Below, piece by piece: positions 43,493 to 52,407 of a stretch of 52,729 nucleotides of DNA. The notes under the pieces are model-generated. The model was not told the origin of the DNA. It saw nothing but the letters and a program-made list of their open reading frames with translations, and did no database searches. The stretch comes from an uncultured archaeon (GTDB taxonomy: Archaea; Iainarchaeota; Iainarchaeia; Iainarchaeales; VGJJ01): NCBI GenBank assembly GCA_964358055.1, contig CAYHNT010000003.1, positions 1 through 52,729 of the forward strand. The letters run 5' to 3'. The first letter of the stretch is position 1; each line of letters starts with the position of its first letter. Made by a program: the position numbers and the translations under genes.

Positions 43493-43560
43493 CATATGTA
43501 TCGGGTATCCGATGCATTTAAATATTTCCATGCATGAATATCGTATGTCCGATACACATG
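43493..43560. promoter_or_regulatory. Operator-like inverted repeats in the PadR / mini-ORF divergent intergenic region
   Basis: CATATGTATCGG (43493-43504) and CCGATACACATG (43549-43560) form an 11/12 inverted repeat. Nested inside are two ATGCAT palindromes (43512-43517 and 43530-43535) and a central TTTAAATATTT A/T box. Confidence 0.4.
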
Positions 43561-43573
43561 GAGGTGTATGTTC

Positions 43574-43738
43574 ATGAATGGCTGCTGCAATACCACTAGT
43601 TCCTACCCCGGAAGAGGATTCCTTACCGCGGAGGAAAAAATTGAAATGCTGAAGGAATACAAAGAGCAATTGGAGCTCGAATCCAAGGGCGTGGGGGAGA
43701 AAATCAAGCAATTGCAAAAAGCGGGAGAACCCAATTAG
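43574..43738 (+). CDS. Untracked 54-aa ORF, DUF5320-like
   Basis: It falls below the track cut-off. GGAGGTG lies 7 nt upstream. My translation is MNGCCNTTSSYPGRGFLTAEEKIEMLKEYKEQLELESKGVGEKIKQLQKAGEPN. The RGF(L/Y)T.EE.IE.LKE...LE.EL..v.e.I..L pattern is how I remember DUF5320. Confidence 0.45.
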   Translation: MNGCCNTTSSYPGRGFLTAEEKIEMLKEYKEQLELESKGVGEKIKQLQKAGEPN

Positions 43739-43804
43739 ATGAATCCCGCACCACTTGCTTTCCAAACACCCCCTCCTAAAATTCCTTTTCGCCCCGTACC
43801 CAAT

Positions 43805-43847
43805 CCTAACACGGATTCACCCCTCATTCCCACCCATTAGTGTTAGG
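43805..43847. terminator. Hairpin followed by a T-rich tract between convergent genes
   Basis: CCTAACAC (43805-43812) pairs with GTGTTAGG (43840-43847). CGGGGGCGTTTTTCTTTTTTT follows. The 27-nt loop is long, so confidence is low. Confidence 0.3.
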
Positions 43848-43867
43848 CGGGGGCGTTTTTCTTTTTT

Positions 43868-45100
43868 TCACAAGTAAACCAAATCAAACTGGTGGGTTTT
43901 CCCTGCGATCTTTCGCGCCAGTTGATGCGCGGCCATCACACAAATCACTTGGGATCCGGCTGCGGCGAAGGCATAGGTGTTTCCTTTTTGTTCAATGAGC
44001 GGGCGATGGTTTTCGGTGGTGCCATAGGTGGCCGACCATACATACTCGATGTTAATCTTCAAGTAGGGGAAAAGCTGCCTCAACCATCGTTTGCCACGAA
44101 TCGTATGCGGAATGTGGGTTTTCAAATAAGTGAAAAGTCGGTTCAGCCACGACTTGGCTACGGCCATACGAGAAAGGCGAGAATTTTTGGCTGAAAAGTT
44201 CTTGCCCACCTTAGTATCGCCTATCCCTATCAACAGGCGATTGTCTTTCGTGACTTTGGCGTAGCCGTAGTATTGGTTTGTGTCCCAAATGATTTTCTTT
44301 TTATTCAACCCCGTGCGTTTCAGCTCGCTCGTTGTGAGTGGTCGTGTAATCAGGATGGTGGTTTTGTTATTTTTCACATGGGGATTGGGATGCGCTGCGT
44401 CAATGGCCCAGATGATTTTTTTGAATGTGATAGTTCCATGCGGCGTGACCGCAGTGTTTCCGCTCACGCGCAATACGGGCGTGTGTTCAAAAATTTGAAT
44501 GCCTTTCTTTGCAACCACGCGTGCCAAGTTTTGAGTGAGCTGCATGGGGTTCACGGACACTCCGCTTTTGGGAGAAAAGATGGATTTGGTGAACAATGGA
44601 CTATTGAGTTCTTTCTTCAGTTCTTTTCCCTGGATGATTTTAGCAGTAGGGGTGAGTTTCTTCACGTAGTCATATTCTTCGTGCAAGATGTCTTCGTGTT
44701 TTTCATTCAAACTGCAGTACATCGTGTCCTGCTCCTCAAAGTCGCAGGGGATTTTTTCTTTTTTGATGATGGACTTGATATCGTTAAGTGTTTCTCCGAC
44801 CATTTTCCAATGCGCGAGGCTTTTTTCCACTCCGTGTTTGTGCACCAATTCGCTTAAGTCGATTTCCGCACTCGCAACTAGGCTTCCTGCCGCGTTTCCA
44901 GTGGCTCCTGAAGCAATCATGTTTCGTTCAACTAAAATTACGTTCTTGATTCCTTCTCCTGCGAGAAAATACGCAAGGGAGACGCCCGTAATTCCTCCTC
45001 CTACAATCAAATATTCACAACTCGTGGAGGCGTTCAAATACGGGAAGGGTTGGTGGTGGGGGTTTTTCCAAAACACTTCATGTTTCATCATAGGGCGCAC
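43868..45100 (-). CDS. FAD-dependent oxidoreductase (DAO family)
   Basis: The N-terminal dinucleotide-binding motif is YLIVGGGITGVSLAYFLAGEG...VILVERN, followed by ASGATGNAAG. Confidence 0.7.
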   Translation of the reverse strand: MRPMMKHEVFWKNPHHQPFPYLNASTSCEYLIVGGGITGVSLAYFLAGEGIKNVILVERNMIASGATGNAAGSLVASAEIDLSELVHKHGVEKSLAHWKMVGETLNDIKSIIKKEKIPCDFEEQDTMYCSLNEKHEDILHEEYDYVKKLTPTAKIIQGKELKKELNSPLFTKSIFSPKSGVSVNPMQLTQNLARVVAKKGIQIFEHTPVLRVSGNTAVTPHGTITFKKIIWAIDAAHPNPHVKNNKTTILITRPLTTSELKRTGLNKKKIIWDTNQYYGYAKVTKDNRLLIGIGDTKVGKNFSAKNSRLSRMAVAKSWLNRLFTYLKTHIPHTIRGKRWLRQLFPYLKINIEYVWSATYGTTENHRPLIEQKGNTYAFAAAGSQVICVMAAHQLARKIAGKTHQFDLVYL

Positions 45101-46252
45101 CTAGTTTATTTTTTTCCCGTTCTCGTATACAATCATTTTTCTTTTTTTGAGTTCTTTGAAAAAGTACGCTGGGGGGACAATGGCTTCTGGGGCAAAGCTT
45201 CCTCTTTGAGTGATAATTTTATCCTTAATCATTTGTCCCATAATGCTCGCGGGCATTCCCGTGTCGATGTTGCATCCTGCATCCTCCCACCCGGGGAGCG
45301 TATTCACGATGCATTCAATCAGCGTGGTTTTGCGCTTGCCGTTTTTCTTTCCATAGATGCGCACCCACAGGTTTTCTTTTTCGGTGTAGCCCGGTGGATA
45401 CTTTACATCCTTGAGTGTAGCGGTCACCATGTCAATGGGTCGAATCATGTGTCCATCAATGGGAATGGGTTTCTGGTTGGCAAAACCTAATTCAATCAGC
45501 TTCTCTATCACATCAAAGGAATGCGGTGGAAACTCGGCGTAGAAGCGGACGTTCTTCACTCCTTTGTGTTTGAAATAGTGATAAAACGTGTAGGTTTCAG
45601 GATGGCGTACGTACATTCGTTCTTCTTTTCCCACAAAGGGTTCTTTTTTCAAAACTAATGAGTCCAAGGGTCGTATTTTGGTGAATTTTCCATCCTTGAT
45701 GTTGGTGGCAGGCTCGGTGAACTCCTCAATGATGCTCTCCATGGAAAAGGGTACCACAAACTTTTTGATGTTGGAGTTCCAGGCAAACCCTACTTCAATG
45801 GAATGTAAAGAGTCAAATTTTTCCGCGGCATGATTGAGCATGACGTTACCAATTCCCGGTACTGATCCCGCGCCCGTGATGTGAGTGAGTCCTTTGCGTT
45901 TGAGTGCGTCGTGCAGGGCGAATTGTTTTTTCGTGAGGGGAATTTCCGAGCCCAAGTCAATGGAGTGCATGCCCGCGGCCCTGCAGGCTTTAAGCACGTT
46001 CAAATTAAAATCTCCTTCCACGCAATTGATGAGGATGCCCGCCCCGGAGGGTTTGAAAATTTTTGTAATCTCCTCAATGTTTCGCGCATCAACAAAGGCG
46101 AATTTGGTTTTCTTGTGCTTCTTCAACAAGTGCTCTACTCTTTTCTTGTCGCGCCCGCACAACAAGACAGTGTGTCCGTTCTCAAGTAGGTCGCGTGTAA
46201 CAATGCGCCCTTGCATGCCGGTGGCGCCCATCACGACAAAATCGTACTTCAT
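45101..46252 (-). CDS. Saccharopine dehydrogenase-like NAD(P)-binding oxidoreductase
   Basis: I trimmed the start to MKYDFVVMGATGMQGRIVTRDLLENGHTVLLCGRD (ATG 46252), a Rossmann motif. The stop abuts the start of the downstream FAD oxidoreductase, so the two are probably co-transcribed. Confidence 0.6.
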   Translation of the reverse strand: MKYDFVVMGATGMQGRIVTRDLLENGHTVLLCGRDKKRVEHLLKKHKKTKFAFVDARNIEEITKIFKPSGAGILINCVEGDFNLNVLKACRAAGMHSIDLGSEIPLTKKQFALHDALKRKGLTHITGAGSVPGIGNVMLNHAAEKFDSLHSIEVGFAWNSNIKKFVVPFSMESIIEEFTEPATNIKDGKFTKIRPLDSLVLKKEPFVGKEERMYVRHPETYTFYHYFKHKGVKNVRFYAEFPPHSFDVIEKLIELGFANQKPIPIDGHMIRPIDMVTATLKDVKYPPGYTEKENLWVRIYGKKNGKRKTTLIECIVNTLPGWEDAGCNIDTGMPASIMGQMIKDKIITQRGSFAPEAIVPPAYFFKELKKRKMIVYENGKKIN

Positions 46253-46322
46253 GCGGAGGATATTCGAGGCGAGTATAAAAGGATGGGGCGTCAGACGTGT
46301 TGATTTTGGAGAAAATAATCCC

Positions 46323-47393
46323 CTATTTCTGCATGGCACCCTTAATGACATCCAGTGCGCTTTCCAAAATAAGGGGGCCAAAGACGAATCCGAATATTCC
46401 AAAGAAATTAATCCCGCCGAATACGCCAATCATCATGACAAACGGATGAATGCGGGTGTGGTCGCCAATCCACTTGGTGTAGAGCAATACCTCTACTCCA
46501 ATCGTGAGGATGATGCCTAAAATAATCATTCCAATGGCCACGTCGTATTGCTGGTTGGCCAAGTAGAAAATGGCGAGGGGCACCCATACCATGACGGGGC
46601 CAATACTCGGGATGAACGCCAGTACAAACATCAGCACGGCAATGATGAGGCTGGATTCAATGCCCAAATAAGTGAGTCCCACGTACGTGATGAAGAATTC
46701 CACAATGGCCATGCCCATGGTGCCAAACAAAATAGCGCGGGTGTTTTCATTCAGCTCTTGGATAATCCGATCCTTGTTGGTAGAAGGAATGTATTTACGC
46801 AACTCCGTTGAGAGTGATTCCCAGGCGCAGAGAAAGTAATACATTCCAATGAGCGTGATGAGAAGACCCAATGCTAAATTGGGCAATGCTACGAGTAGGG
46901 AGGCCGTGATGTCGGTGATCCATTGGTTGATTTGGTTTTGTAATGTAATGGAGTTGAGTCGAAAACCATGCAGGAAGGGGTGCGTGGCGATGAGTACCAC
47001 GTATTTGGAAATACTCTGCCGGCTCACCGCGGTGCCGGCCTGTTCGAGCATGCCCATGAGTACAAAAGTTACAGGTACCACCACCAAAATAATTGCCACC
47101 GCCACACATACGGCAGCGGCGAACTTGCGGTTAAGTTTAGGGGTTAATTGCACGCACAAGGGGCGGGCCACGTAGGCAAGTAAATACGCGGAGACAATAG
47201 CAACCATAAAGGGCCACACGAGAAAAGCAGCCAAGAGTATGAGTCCCAGAATAACGACCCAGAAGAGGTATCCCTTGAGTTGGAATTGTTGAATGAAGAG
47301 CACGCAGGGGGAATATTCTTCTACTTGAAAAGGCTGACGGATACAAGGAAACGAGGAAAGGAAATTAAAGTCGAAAGGAGAGAAAAATTCCAT
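46323..47393 (-). CDS. AI-2E family transporter (PerM/UPF0118)
   Basis: It has about 8 TM helices. The C-terminal pattern AFIPSIGPVMVWVPLAIFYL...ILGIILTIGVEVLLYTKWIGDHTRIHPFVMMIGVFGG is typical of the family. The chosen start at Met40 (47393) is uncertain. Confidence 0.7.
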   Translation of the reverse strand: MEFFSPFDFNFLSSFPCIRQPFQVEEYSPCVLFIQQFQLKGYLFWVVILGLILLAAFLVWPFMVAIVSAYLLAYVARPLCVQLTPKLNRKFAAAVCVAVAIILVVVPVTFVLMGMLEQAGTAVSRQSISKYVVLIATHPFLHGFRLNSITLQNQINQWITDITASLLVALPNLALGLLITLIGMYYFLCAWESLSTELRKYIPSTNKDRIIQELNENTRAILFGTMGMAIVEFFITYVGLTYLGIESSLIIAVLMFVLAFIPSIGPVMVWVPLAIFYLANQQYDVAIGMIILGIILTIGVEVLLYTKWIGDHTRIHPFVMMIGVFGGINFFGIFGFVFGPLILESALDVIKGAMQK

Positions 47394-47411
47394 ATAGGAG
47401 GGTTGATTCTC

Positions 47412-47786
47412 ATGACGTATGTGGATGGATATGTGATCCCAATTCGAAAAGACAAGGTTTCGGCCTATAAGAAAATGGCCAAATGGGGTGCTAAATTGTG
47501 GAAGAAGCACGGGGCACTGGATTATTATGAGTGTATAGGGGACGATTTGCGCGTGAAGAAGGGAGAAGGGCAGGGCTTCAAGAAGATGGCCAAGCTCAAG
47601 TCCAATGAGACCGTGGTGTTCTCTTTCATCGTGTACAAGTCACGCAAACATAGGGATGAAATAAACAAGGAGGTCATGAAGGAAATGATGAAAAACATGA
47701 CCCAGAAGGACGTGGAAGAAATGAGTGAAGTGTTTGACATGAAGCGCTTCTCCAAGGGCGGATTCAAGACGATTGTGGAATGGTAA
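47412..47786 (+). CDS. DUF1428-family protein
   Basis: I trimmed the start to MTYVDGYVIPIRKDKVSAYKKMAKWGAKLWKKHGALDYYECIGDDL. ETVVFSFIVYKSRKHRDEINKEVM follows, matching the remembered DUF1428 consensus. Confidence 0.7.
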   Translation: MTYVDGYVIPIRKDKVSAYKKMAKWGAKLWKKHGALDYYECIGDDLRVKKGEGQGFKKMAKLKSNETVVFSFIVYKSRKHRDEINKEVMKEMMKNMTQKDVEEMSEVFDMKRFSKGGFKTIVEW

Positions 47787-47842
47787 TTTTCACTTCCCGC
47801 GCCGGGAAATCGCGGCGCACCTTTTTATTTTCAGGTGACCAC

Positions 47843-48094
47843 ATGAGCAAAAAAGCAAATGCCACGGGTAAGTTGCATTCAATGCCCGCCGATTTACGCA
47901 AGGCTATTACCAGCATTCCCGTGACGCGAAAAATATGGGAGGACATTACTCCCCTCGCACGCAATGAGTGGATTTGCTGGGTCACGTCGGGTAAAAAAAC
48001 GGAAACACGAAGTATTCGAATTGAGAAGGCACTCTCGAAGATGAAAGGGGGAATGCGCCGTCCCTGTTGTTGGGCCGGTTGCCCTCATCGTTAG
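47843..48094 (+). CDS. YdeI/OmpD-associated family protein
   Basis: Start at ATG 47843 with AGGTGA upstream. MPADLRKAITSIPVTRKIWEDITPLARNEWICWVTSGKKTETRSIRIEKALSKM fits the family pattern. Confidence 0.6.
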   Translation: MSKKANATGKLHSMPADLRKAITSIPVTRKIWEDITPLARNEWICWVTSGKKTETRSIRIEKALSKMKGGMRRPCCWAGCPHR

Positions 48095-48153
48095 AAAAGA
48101 GAGGTCTTCGTTTCTCTTTTTGGTTTAAGAATTCTTTCCCTCGTTGAAGATGT

Positions 48154-49176
48154 ATGGAAATCATCGAATGGGCCATCATCGTGATCGAGGTGGTGGTGAT
48201 TGGCTACCTGGGAAGCGTCCTTGGAAAACTCATTCACGCAGTCATTTTGAAGGGAATGAGGTTCCTTTCCAAGCGCACGGCCCTCACTCTGGATGATATT
48301 CTTCTCCAGTACATCGAAAATCCCCTTCGTTTGAGCATCATCGTATTGTCCGTCCTCTTCATGTCAGGGATCGTCCCCAACCTCTTCGTGGTGCAGGCGG
48401 CCATGATGACGTATGGGTTGGCCATCCTCATTGTACTGGTCTCCTACACGCTCTCGGAAACAGTAGGGGCGGTGCTGCGGTGGTACTATGAGATATCTAA
48501 GACGCGCCAGACGCAGTTTCTCGATTTGACACTTCTTCCTTTCATTCGAAAAATTACGCGCATCGTGTTCATTACTGTAGGAAGTGTCATCGCGCTCTCG
48601 GTAATTGGAGTGGAAGTGTCGGGTCTCCTAACCATTACAAGTATTGGGGTACTGATTCTCGGACTGGCCTCCCAGGAGTCTCTTGCTAATATTTTCGCTG
48701 GACTTGTGTTACAATTGGATCGTCCCGCGGCGTATGGGGATTATGTGCGCACGCTCAATGGGGATATTCTTCGGTTGCAAAAAATAGGTTCTCGTTCGGC
48801 CAAGTTCTATGACTTGAATGGAAATGTAGTCGTCATGTCAAATAGTGAGATGGCCAAGCAGCGCTTAACGAATCTTTCCGTTCTCAACAGGGGGTTTCAA
48901 ACTAGCATTCTGGCAGAAATTCCTGGAAAGGTCTCCCCTGAACGTATTGATGAAATTCTTTCCCAGTTTTTCAAAAAGGAATTCGCCAAGAAGTCAACCT
49001 CGCGTGCGAGTCCCATTCTGGTGGAAAAAATAACTAAGGAAGGATACGTTCTTTCTATTCCCATTACCGTAAAGGACACTGAGAATTTTCTCTCCATTCG
49101 TGACAAAATAAACCGTGTTATTTTAGAAGAGTGCCAACGCGTCAAGGCTCATCCTGCATCTGCTGAAAAAGAATAA
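48154..49176 (+). CDS. Mechanosensitive ion channel family protein (MscS-like)
   Basis: It has about 4 N-terminal TM helices. The pore-helix/beta-domain junction GLASQESLANIFAGLVLQLDRPAAYGDYV follows. Confidence 0.7.
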   Translation: MEIIEWAIIVIEVVVIGYLGSVLGKLIHAVILKGMRFLSKRTALTLDDILLQYIENPLRLSIIVLSVLFMSGIVPNLFVVQAAMMTYGLAILIVLVSYTLSETVGAVLRWYYEISKTRQTQFLDLTLLPFIRKITRIVFITVGSVIALSVIGVEVSGLLTITSIGVLILGLASQESLANIFAGLVLQLDRPAAYGDYVRTLNGDILRLQKIGSRSAKFYDLNGNVVVMSNSEMAKQRLTNLSVLNRGFQTSILAEIPGKVSPERIDEILSQFFKKEFAKKSTSRASPILVEKITKEGYVLSIPITVKDTENFLSIRDKINRVILEECQRVKAHPASAEKE

Positions 49177-49178
49177 AA

Positions 49179-49535
49179 TTATTTTTTCTTGGCTTCGTTT
49201 TGTTTGATTCCGGCTTTGAGTAGTTTTTTGATTAACATCACGGGGAGCTTTTGGTTATATGGAAGTTGAATGGCGGCTTTGGATGTGTGATAGTCTTTCG
49301 TGTCGGCTTTGTGGTTTTGTAATACGGGTGGCATCACGTACAACCCTATGTGGTGTTTGGCGAATGCCATGTAGGCCAGTCTTCCTTTGTAATGGAAATA
49401 GGGCATTCCGTAACTGATTTTTTCTTCCACCTTGGGTGTAACTGTTTTGATTATTTTTCGAAGTTGAACTAGTTTCGCCTGGCTTTCTTTAGGGGCGGAT
49501 TTGATATATGCATCCACACTCGTTGCTCGTTTCAT
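49179..49535 (-). CDS. DUF1801 (YdhG-like) domain protein
   Basis: [60 protein letters not shown] matches the remembered DUF1801 pattern. Confidence 0.6.
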   Translation of the reverse strand: MKRATSVDAYIKSAPKESQAKLVQLRKIIKTVTPKVEEKISYGMPYFHYKGRLAYMAFAKHHIGLYVMPPVLQNHKADTKDYHTSKAAIQLPYNQKLPVMLIKKLLKAGIKQNEAKKK

Positions 49536-49903
49536 AGTTGCTTCCTCAAGATTTTATCCATTGTTCTGCCCTTCGCTAATTCATCAATTAATTTATCCAA
49601 ATAGCGAACTTCCCGCATAATGGGGTCTTTGATCTCTTCAATTCGGACACCGCAAATCACGCCCATGATTAATTTTCGCGCAGGGTTAAGCTTAGGGGCT
49701 TTCGTAAAGAAGTCCTCCATGTTTGTTCGTTTTTCCAGTTGGGTTTCAAACTTTTTCTGAGTATACCCCGTTAACCATCGAATAATCGTGTCTACTTCTT
49801 CTTTCGTTCGTCCTTTTTTCTCAGCTTTTGCAATGTAGTGAGGATAGACTCCTGCGAAGCTCATGGCATAGACTCGTTTGGTTGACGCATCGTTTTCTTT
49901 CAT
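49532..49903 (-). CDS. DUF2200-family protein
   Basis: [32 protein letters not shown] is the DUF2200 signature as I remember it. It overlaps the downstream gene by 4 nt. Confidence 0.6.
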   Translation of the reverse strand: MKENDASTKRVYAMSFAGVYPHYIAKAEKKGRTKEEVDTIIRWLTGYTQKKFETQLEKRTNMEDFFTKAPKLNPARKLIMGVICGVRIEEIKDPIMREVRYLDKLIDELAKGRTMDKILRKQL

Positions 49904-49950
49904 AAATAATTACCGAAAAAGGTACTTATTAAATCCGCTCTCAGGATGAG

Positions 49951-49980
49951 AAAAAAAATAGCTCCCGGTTTTGCACCGGG
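49951..49980 (-). terminator. Hairpin plus T8 downstream of the DinB-like gene
   Basis: The minus strand reads CCCGG-TGCAAAA-CCGGG, then AGCTA, then TTTTTTTT, starting 11 nt after the stop at 49991. Confidence 0.4.
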
Positions 49981-49990
49981 GTGATTTGAA

Positions 49991-50476
49991 TTACGTATAT
50001 TTCATGGCTTCTTTTGTATGGTATTTTTTCAGAAATCCAAGTTGACCAATTTCATAACTTTCGTGTTGGACAAAAAAGGCCAATGCTCCAAAATTGGTTT
50101 GTTCTTCGATTGGAAGGGGAAACGGAGGACTCTTTCCCAATGCCTCTGAAGAGGGAGACACGAGAGCAGTTTTCAACAAAGCGGAAACATTTTCCCATTC
50201 TTTTTTGACTTCCTCTAATGAAGGAAAGACGTCCTTGGTGTCGTAGGGTCGCTGATTGGCAAATAATTCATGATACGGGCTTTGAGCGGGCTTCCCGAGA
50301 AGAGTAAGAAACAAGTAGCGTGAACTCACCACGTGGGCGGCAATCCATTTGAGAGGATTGTTATGGCCGCTCATGCGCGCATCCCAGTGTTCTTCCGTGA
50401 TTCCTTCAAGCGTGTTGGTAAACAGGCGCGTGTTCAAATTCAAAATAATCTGCATGGATTTCAAGTCATTCATCAT
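49991..50476 (-). CDS. DinB-superfamily (four-helix bundle) protein
   Basis: His-containing helices are NPLKWIAAHVVSSRY and FFVQHESYEIGQLGFLKK. The 161-aa size fits DinB_2-type proteins. Confidence 0.5.
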   Translation of the reverse strand: MMNDLKSMQIILNLNTRLFTNTLEGITEEHWDARMSGHNNPLKWIAAHVVSSRYLFLTLLGKPAQSPYHELFANQRPYDTKDVFPSLEEVKKEWENVSALLKTALVSPSSEALGKSPPFPLPIEEQTNFGALAFFVQHESYEIGQLGFLKKYHTKEAMKYT

Positions 50477-50581
50477 AGGGTTTCATTCTCCATAGTCTCA
50501 TTTTGTCGTGAAATCATTAATAATGATTCGGATGCAGTTTCGCCGAAAAGAGGAATCTAAAGACGGAATCTTCGAATAAGG

Positions 50582-50602
50582 ATTAGTCCCGCCTCCCGGA
50601 CT
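50582..50602. repeat. Copy 1 of a 21-nt direct repeat with hairpin potential
   Basis: ATTAGTCCCGCCTCCCGGACT has stem AGTCC/GGACT and an 8-nt loop. It is preceded by AGG. It matches 52408-52428 at 20/21 positions. Confidence 0.85.
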
Positions 50603-50692
50603 CGCGACCGTGGTTTTATTCAAAAGCTCGTCCTCTTGGGACTCGCCGACGTTAGTGCAGTTAGTGCTGTTATTCAATAGATGCATCTGAAC

Positions 50693-50977
50693 TCACCTTT
50701 TTTGATATATGTTGTCGTGATGGTCAAAGTCAAGGAACAAAATGAACTTCTTTGTCTTATCGTATTTGAAAGTTAACACAAAACTGCCATCTATGTGGAC
50801 CCGTTTTCGGTCACTTAATTCATGACGTAAATTCTTGTAGTGTTCAATCGTAAACTCATCTGAATTAATGATTTGTTTTACTTTCTTGTAAATAATGTCA
50901 GCCCTTCGAGGGTCTTTTTTAGCTAGTTTTTGGATAATATCCTTTAACTTATCCGTAAACGCGTAGGCAAAAGGCAT
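50693..50977 (-). CDS. RelE/ParE-superfamily toxin-like protein
   Basis: The 94-aa product reads FTDKLKDIIQKLAKKDPRRADIIYKKVKQI...YKNLRHELSDRKRVHIDGSFVLTFKYDKTKKFILFLDFDHHDNIY. This fits the RelE/StbE layout (helical N-terminus, then beta strands, ending h.H..iY). It starts 6 nt after the upstream small gene. Confidence 0.55.
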   Translation of the reverse strand: MPFAYAFTDKLKDIIQKLAKKDPRRADIIYKKVKQIINSDEFTIEHYKNLRHELSDRKRVHIDGSFVLTFKYDKTKKFILFLDFDHHDNIYQKR

Positions 50978-50983
50978 TTGATT

Positions 50984-51244
50984 TCACTTTCCAAAAAGAG
51001 CATCTAATTCCGCATCATTCATTTTCTTGTAGCCATATTTCTTGAAGTGTTCATCTTCAATTTTCAACAGCTTTTTCACATATTCTTCAGATGCTTCTCT
51101 ATCTACAAACTCGCCTCCAAACATCTCAGCAAACTTATCCAAAGCTTCGCCTTTATCGCGCAAACCATACTTTTCCTTTACTACGCCCAAGACACGGGAG
51201 GTGTAGTCCTTCACTTTCGTATTGATGGCTACCGAATTACCCAT
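50984..51244 (-). CDS. Putative antitoxin partner of the RelE-like gene
   Basis: 86 aa and acidic, positioned immediately upstream of the toxin-like gene. The family is not recognised with confidence. Confidence 0.45.
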   Translation of the reverse strand: MGNSVAINTKVKDYTSRVLGVVKEKYGLRDKGEALDKFAEMFGGEFVDREASEEYVKKLLKIEDEHFKKYGYKKMNDAELDALFGK

Positions 51245-51259
51245 ATAATATCACCTAAC

Positions 51260-51282
51260 ACTAACTTAGTTAAACTAACTTA
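51260..51282 (-). promoter_or_regulatory. Operator-like repeats upstream of the antitoxin/toxin pair
   Basis: ACTAACTTA occurs twice (51260-51268 and 51274-51282), separated by GTTAA. This creates a TTAGT-TAA-ACTAA inverted repeat. It adjoins a CTTATAAGG A/T box about 39 nt upstream of ATG 51244. Confidence 0.35.
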
Positions 51283-51299
51283 TAAGGATTTCTCTATCC

Positions 51300-51500
51300 T
51301 TACGTTTCAGCCCCTTCTTTGATCGTTTCGAACGCATCCCACATAATGCAATTTGCACAGAAAGGACTGTAGTCAGGACACGGTTTGCCAAAATTCTTCG
51401 CAATGTATTCTCGCAGATTACGAACGAACTTTTGCTCCTTTGCTCTTTTCTTTACCATTTTTCTTGCCTCCTTTTTCCAGTCTCTTTTCATAGTCGTCAA
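51300..51500 (-). CDS. Small hypothetical protein with a C-terminal Cys cluster
   Basis: The 66-aa ORF has a basic N-terminal half followed by GKPCPDYSPFCANCIMWD. Its 5' end overlaps the upstream ORF by 83 nt, or by 41 nt if it starts at Met15 (51458). Confidence 0.35.
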   Translation of the reverse strand: MTTMKRDWKKEARKMVKKRAKEQKFVRNLREYIAKNFGKPCPDYSPFCANCIMWDAFETIKEGAET

Positions 51501-51924
51501 TTAAATCAATTCCACTTTGCAAAAACCCTTCAGGATAAAGGTATACAATGTAATCATCTTCTTTCAAACCCTTTTTATTTACCCAGAATTTGTGAATCAC
51601 ATTCGAGAAAGTCTCATCCAAGGAACCATATCCCTCCATTTTCATTATCTCCCGTGCAGTTGAAAGAGTTTTTTGGTCCAAATCCACTTTTAATTTGACT
51701 AATGGGGTAAAATCAGATAAGATGAATTCCTTATTGCCCTTTGGTTTTAGTTTTCCGGCCATAAAAGGACGCAGATTAAACTCGTTGGCTACGCTTTTCG
51801 AAATAGGCACGAAGTATTTACCATTGACGACTTTGACTCGGGTTTCAAAGCTCATTTCGATCACCGCAAAGACAACGGTCATTGAAACCATAACCCTTAG
51901 TTTGGAGGGACCCCAAACCGCCAA
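51418..51924 (-). CDS. Hypothetical protein
   Basis: 168-aa ORF. Likely starts are Met11 (51894) or Met23 (51858, MSFETRVKVVNGKYFVPISKSVANEF). It has a Lys-rich tail. No family recognised. Confidence 0.4.
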   Translation of the reverse strand: MAVWGPSKLRVMVSMTVVFAVIEMSFETRVKVVNGKYFVPISKSVANEFNLRPFMAGKLKPKGNKEFILSDFTPLVKLKVDLDQKTLSTAREIMKMEGYGSLDETFSNVIHKFWVNKKGLKEDDYIVYLYPEGFLQSGIDLIDDYEKRLEKGGKKNGKEKSKGAKVRS

Positions 51925-52087
51925 TGATCGCCGAGAAAAGTGTTTAAATTAGAAAAATATATAAGAGTATGAAACGAAAAATAGGTCAAAAAGAGCTCGC
52001 CGCTTTTCACAAGTTAATCAAAGGGCACGAGAAACTCCTCGAAGCCATCGGCAAGCTGTAAAGGAAAATTTAATATCAAGAAATTTC

Positions 52088-52327
52088 TTATCTTTTTTTG
52101 CCACGTTTGGTTTCAGGTCTAACCGATTTTTTAGCATTGCGCGCAACTTGCGAATCCATCAACATCTTAGCTGTAGCTTGGTCGGTAAAGCGATGGGTGC
52201 GCCTAACCATATTTTCAACCGCATCATTGTGCCAACCAATTCTACTATCCGGTTTGTGAACCCAATTTATCTTGCCAACTAAATTTCCTTTTTTCGATGT
52301 TGTTTTAGACGAGCGCGGTCGAACCAT
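52088..52327 (-). CDS. Small basic hypothetical protein
   Basis: I trimmed the start to ATG 52327 (MVRPRSSKTTSKKGN...); the track start is TTG 52372. A TTTATTTAAAG box lies 18-28 nt upstream. The tail is basic (KKSVRPETKRGKKR). Confidence 0.35.
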   Translation of the reverse strand: MVRPRSSKTTSKKGNLVGKINWVHKPDSRIGWHNDAVENMVRRTHRFTDQATAKMLMDSQVARNAKKSVRPETKRGKKR

Positions 52328-52407
52328 AAACTGAAATACCTTTTCTGCTTTAAATAAATAGATGAGAGTCAATGGTTGCGATAGACCGAAGTTTGAGCGT
52401 TTGAGGT

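Noticed and set aside
50498-50686. The 62-aa minus-strand ORF filling the 216-nt gap
   Set aside because: The composition is odd (MHLLNNSTNCTNVGESQEDELL...). It has no start context. It spans the 21-nt repeat, which recurs at 52408 in a non-coding context. It is more likely non-coding.
51969-52061. The 30-codon ORF MKRKIGQKELAAFHKLIKGHEKLLEAIGKL
   Set aside because: The ending is vaguely familiar, but the ORF is too short to support from sequence alone and I cannot place it in a family.
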